A stretch of 64,000 nucleotides of DNA from Craspedostauros australis (Eukaryota): contig JALAGF010000438.1 of the NCBI GenBank assembly GCA_030167865.1, positions 1-64,000 of the forward strand. The letters run 5' to 3'. The position numbers and the translations under genes were made by a program. Numbering within the stretch: position 1 is the first letter of the stretch; the number at the start of each line of letters is the position of its first letter. The notes beneath the pieces were generated by a model that saw nothing but the letters and a program-made list of their open reading frames with translations, made no database searches and was not told where the DNA came from. Shown here in pieces: positions 59,489 through 64,000 of this stretch.

Positions 59489-62400
59489 CTAGACAACAAC
59501 CTGAGTTCCCAGCAAACTCAAAAGGAGCCCGGGGTATTCGTCGAGGAACGGGATCAGGTTTGCTTTCGGGAAGACTAGCACGACGCAGCCCTCCTTGCCA
59601 GCAGTCAGAGTGGACGTGTGCACAATCTGTTTGTCGCCGCCCTGCTCCGAGATGACCATGTCGGTCAGGTTCTCCATGATTCCACTTCCCCCAGTGATGG
59701 TGGAGCCACCTTCCGTGTGATCCCCGAAGCCGTACTTGGGGAAGGACGAGTCGTCCTTGTGGTTTTCGAGATCGGTGCCCTCAGAAGATAGCAGCCCTGC
59801 GACCATCTTCGACACGTCACCAAGGAAATGGCCGCGGCTGAAGACAAGTCCGCTTGTGAATGCACGCCTGCTGTACAGTCTACCCAGCACCTTGTTCTCA
59901 AATCGGGCCCTGGATGACCGCCTTCGCACGAGCGAATTGCGCCGATCATTGGAGTCTTCGTCCACAGACCGTATGTTCTCAGAGTCCTCCGAAATACTGG
60001 CGTCGTGTGAGCTTGCCACAGATGCATCTGATGCAATGCCGCTCAGTATGTCAGCGCGCTTCTGCAAATTGCGGCTGAGCTTGGCAAAGTCGTGGGCTTC
60101 CGATACGGATCGACCAGAACCGGAGGACGTACTCGACCTGCTGAACAAGGAGTCCAAATGGATCACGCCATCTTCTGACCCGTGCCCGATATCCGAGCCC
60201 GAATTTACTTGCTGCAAATTGATTATCGCCATGGTTGTTCGTTGGAAGATGTGGCGTGGTATGGTACAATATGGGAAAGAACAACAAGAAAGAAGAAGCC
60301 AAGGTGGTCGCAACAGCATTGAATGGCTCAGTGAGCTGCATTGCCCAAGCGATCGAAAGTACTGAAACATTTCACGAAGCCGAAACCATTCATGCAATTT
60401 GTCATATGGATGATCAGAGCCAGGAGCCCATGTCCACGTCCACGATCAGGTGCATCTGAGCTATCTTCGACACACGACTTACATCTTCATCTGTTGTTTG
60501 CAAGTACAGATCACGACGGTAATCCTCCACGTTCGTATTATCATGACCGCCTTCGTTGCTCCTCGTTGGATTGACGCCGACAGGTGATGATGGCAGATTG
60601 GATGCCCCGTTATTGCGACGGCGCGGGACGAAAGATGCAGTTCCAGATACCATCAGGTATGCTTGATCCACAGGTGCCCCCGAGCGCCACAAGCGTTCGC
60701 CTGGTCCAAAGCCGATCGGGCCCTCTGCCAGGCTTTCCAAATGGCGCTTCTGCACTGCGGTGAGCTTCCTCATGGCTGAGTTCAGGTCGAGTAACTCAAG
60801 GACGTTCATGTTGCGAAGGGCATCGGTCAGAAGCTTCTGCGTTGCCGTGCTGTTGACGCTGGACAGAGAACCGACTTCGATCCCGCTGTCGAGGCATCTC
60901 TTTTGCTGCGCCTTTCGTTCCAGATGTTTGCGGTAGAGCGCGGAACCACCCTTGAGGATCAGATGGAGGCTCGAAAACTCGATGGAGATTACCTTGACCC
61001 CCTCGGATGACATAGCGACGATGTTGTGGGTTGGGCTCAGTTCGCTCTCTCCACTCAATCGCCTTTCCGGCTGCAAGGAGATGGGACCTGTCCAGTCTCC
61101 TGCATGCCATACCGATCCAGCATGGAAGTCCGATCCGTGCTCCTCTGCTGGCAACAAAGATCCAGATGGAAGCTCCTTCGGCGCTGCCACGCCTCGTTTT
61201 CGCTCCACACAAGTCCCTTCCCATACGACGCAAAGCACATCCAGGCGACGGGAGGTTGGAACGACGACATCGTTCTTGCAGTACGCATCCACGCGTGCCG
61301 TTTCCAGAACTTCCATGGTGGATGAGTAGGAGAGACTGGAGAGGAAAGGCACGGCGCTGAGAAGATTCAGGATGAACCATGCATCAGTGCTCGAGGCTGG
61401 ACGCAACGAGACAAGCGGCACGGATGAGCCGCCACCGCCAAGCAGAGATGTTCTTTGCGTCGCATCCTTCTTCCCAGAGTTCACCGTCAGATGGGCGAAC
61501 GAGGACGAGATCATGCGAGAATCCGAGCTGCTGGTGGTGGTGTAGTCCTCTTCCGCTGTCTCCTCGCTAATGGCTCCGTATTCGTTGCTCGCACTGCTCC
61601 AAGGTGAAGGTAGAATGTTATCATCCTCCAGGCTGATAGAGTATGCGTCCCTCGAATTCCTGTGCTTGCGCATGCCCTTCTCGATCCAGCTGTTGCTGTA
61701 CGATTCAGGTCCCATCTTCTTTTGCAGCTGATCCAGACGGATTGTGCCAGCAGTTCCAGTTGGGGCGACTCGCAATTCGCAATCCACCGGTAGATTCGAT
61801 GTATGCACGACATACAGCCGTTTCTTAACCTTGGATGGGAGCTGCAGCAGAACATCAAGCGGAGTGTGGAGTGGTGGCGCACCGGCCTCGTGCAGCAACA
61901 GATCCGTGTCTTGCAACGGAATCTTGCGCAAGTCGTCAGCACGAGCCTTTGTCAACACGCCCTGCACGATTCACAACAACAGGTTCGCCCATCCGTACAT
62001 CCATCCGTACATCCACCCAATGGTTCGTAGAGTGATTGAACCAATCAGTCCATCAGCCATGCATCCATCGGAGCACCACGTCATGTACCGGCAACACGTC
62101 ACCGGTCAAATTAGAAAGAATGCGGGAGATGAATAGGAAAGACGGGGTGAGAAACAGCTTATCCAAAAACAATAGTACACAGTACGACGGCAACATGATT
62201 TGCAAGCAACAGGGCAAAACCATGGGCTCGACCAAAGGGGACCAATACAGCAGGAACGAGAGGACTTACATCTGCCTGTAGCTGGTCGATGTCCGGTGGA
62301 CTGTTCAGGTGATCGCCCGTGAAGACCATGGAACGACCGCGCCATTCCACGCGGAAGCCGACGCAAGGGATACTGTGCAGGGAATACGTGAAGTGGAAGG

Positions 62401-64000
62401 TTGCGCCTTGGAATCGAAGAGGTTGTCCGATGACGGCTGGCTTGTGCCTGTGGCTGTGCCGCAGAAGCGCTGGGCTGAGCGAGGCAAGGGCAGCATATTT
62501 CCGGATGAAACTCTTGTAGATGGTTGGCGTTGTGATCACCACCACGGGCGATCCAGTCAGTACCTTCTGGAAGGCACCGGCATCGTGATCAGCGTGGCAG
62601 TGTGTGAGGATGATCCCGACGATGGTCCTGGGACGGATACCCTCCCTCTCCAGCGTTGCCGAAGAGTACGGTGGTGGGTCGATCATCACACCGCGACCGT
62701 TGATCCACAGGACGTAACCCGAGACGGAACCGCTCTTGTCGAAACCATGAGAATTACCGAGCACGGTGACGCCGAAGGATGGCGCATGGAATGTCGGAGG
62801 AGCCTTGGGCATCAGGAGGGTGCCTTCCCCACCGCTCTCGCGCCCGGGCATCGAGGCTCCCTTTCGGGCCTTCTTGTCGTTGTCGTTGGAATGGCTCACA
62901 TCGTCCATGATGGAATGCCCTCCAAACCCGTCAACACCCATGGACTCCGATACCTTTACGTGGCCAGAGAAACGCGCCTTTCCGATAATATGATTATTTA
63001 CATCGATGTCGTGCATGATGTACTCCGTCCCACTTGGCATTTTGAAGATTTCAAGTCTCGGCACCGACCTGCTGTCTTTCTGCTCTTGCGTGGTGTTGAC
63101 GGGCCACACAGTCGCCATATCGCCTGGTGACAGTGACAATTGACCGTGGTGTATGTGTGTGTATGCATGTGTGTGTATGCATGTGTGTGTGTGGGTGTGT
63201 CGTGTGGGATGCGATGGATCATGATGAGAAAGAAGAAACAACAAGAGAAATTTGAACGAATAGAGTGAGCACATGACACGAAGGAACCTCATCGGCAGAA
63301 GCAGTGTGCTTGTCAATCTCTTTCTGTGCTCGTTTTCTGTTGTTCTCTGTCTTTGTCTTCGTCTGCATGCGCGTCTTCATGTGCATCCCCCGTTTCACCG
63401 TGCTGCGTCTCCGCAAGTTCTCAACTTTTGATTGGTGCACTTACCAACCCACCGTCCGCCCTGAGATTGTGATTCTGGCGAGGGCGACGTGGTCGCAGAG
63501 TCAGCAGCGGCTGCTGCCGCTACTTCTGCATTGTTTGCATCCGCCCCGTCTTCGTCACCTTCGTTATTGTCGTTGCTGTCGTCGTTATTGTCACGCTTCG
63601 GAATCCCCAGGTTTCCGTGCGACTTGCCCTCCTTGGGTGTATTGAACTGGTAGAACTCAAGCAACTTTTCCACAGCGAGCTCCGACCCATCCGGCAAGAT
63701 GCGGAAGTGATGGAGTTCTTTCTGCAAGTCGGGGATCGCATCTCTCGGAAAGTCCGGGGAAAAATCCTCCTCCTCATACTTGATGGCTTGATTGCCTCGG
63801 AATTGAGCAGGACCCAGCAGGGTCTCGCTGAACACTCTGCAGATATTGTCTTGTGCCTCTTGCGAGTCGACCACGAGGGTGCATCTCTTGTTGTAGACGA
63901 AGAAGTTGAAGTAGCCTGGGAATTCGAATTCTGCCAGATTGACACCGAGTGCTGGTCCCATCTCTCTGCAAAAGCGTTCGGCAGGCACGATGTACACCTG
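59489..64000 (-). CDS. Metallo-beta-lactamase-fold cyclic nucleotide phosphodiesterase with two C-terminal cNMP-binding-like domains (Dictyostelium PdeD/PdeE-like), 5'-truncated, >=1202 aa
   Basis: Exons 63997..63445, 63123..62270, 61961..60483 and 60211..59489. Introns 63444..63124, 62269..61962 and 60482..60212 are all GTAAGT..CAG and frame-compatible. Motifs: NLAEFEFPGYFNFF, FGVTVLGNSHGFD, WINGRGVMIDPP, ILTHCHADHDAG, YSLHSIPCVGF, FTGDH, LLHEAGAPPLHTP, VVH. CNB-like segments: LSAVPFLSSL...LCVVWEG and PGERLWRSGAPVDQAYLMVSG. Confidence 0.82.

Noticed and set aside
1..64000. tRNA, rRNA, snRNA genes or intact transposases
   Set aside because: None recognised by eye. tRNAscan-SE/Infernal would be needed to exclude small RNAs.

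Overview
This is eukaryotic nuclear DNA, most likely from a diatom (ochrophyte). The evidence is GT-AG introns, a fucoxanthin-chlorophyll light-harvesting gene with the SASA|FAP bipartite plastid-targeting motif, and an MGDG synthase with a similar presequence. The ORF track ignores splicing, so I rebuilt the gene models by hand from frame-compatible donor and acceptor sites. I find 16 protein-coding genes, in order: a 1718-aa acidic protein, a SAPS/PP6 regulatory subunit, PI4-kinase III beta, MGDG synthase, golgin-84, a secreted CIA30-domain protein, an SNase/LCL3-like nuclease, a SART3/Prp24-like protein, amidophosphoribosyltransferase, a 1310-aa coiled-coil protein, a COA3-like protein, an Lhcr antenna protein, an A20 zinc-finger protein without AN1, a ~2069-aa N/Q/G/H-rich protein, a 344-aa unknown protein, and a 5'-truncated metallo-beta-lactamase/cNMP-binding protein resembling Dictyostelium PdeD/PdeE. 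The window opens with a degenerate ~450-bp direct repeat at an 831-bp offset. I recognised no tRNA, rRNA, CRISPR array or intact transposase. The best leads are the PdeD/E-like phosphodiesterase with degenerate, split cNMP-binding domains, the giant prion-like protein with ~14 dispersed basic-aromatic motifs, the AN1-less A20 protein, and the secreted CIA30 protein followed by a Helitron-like 3' end. Family calls come from motif recognition only; no searches were run.
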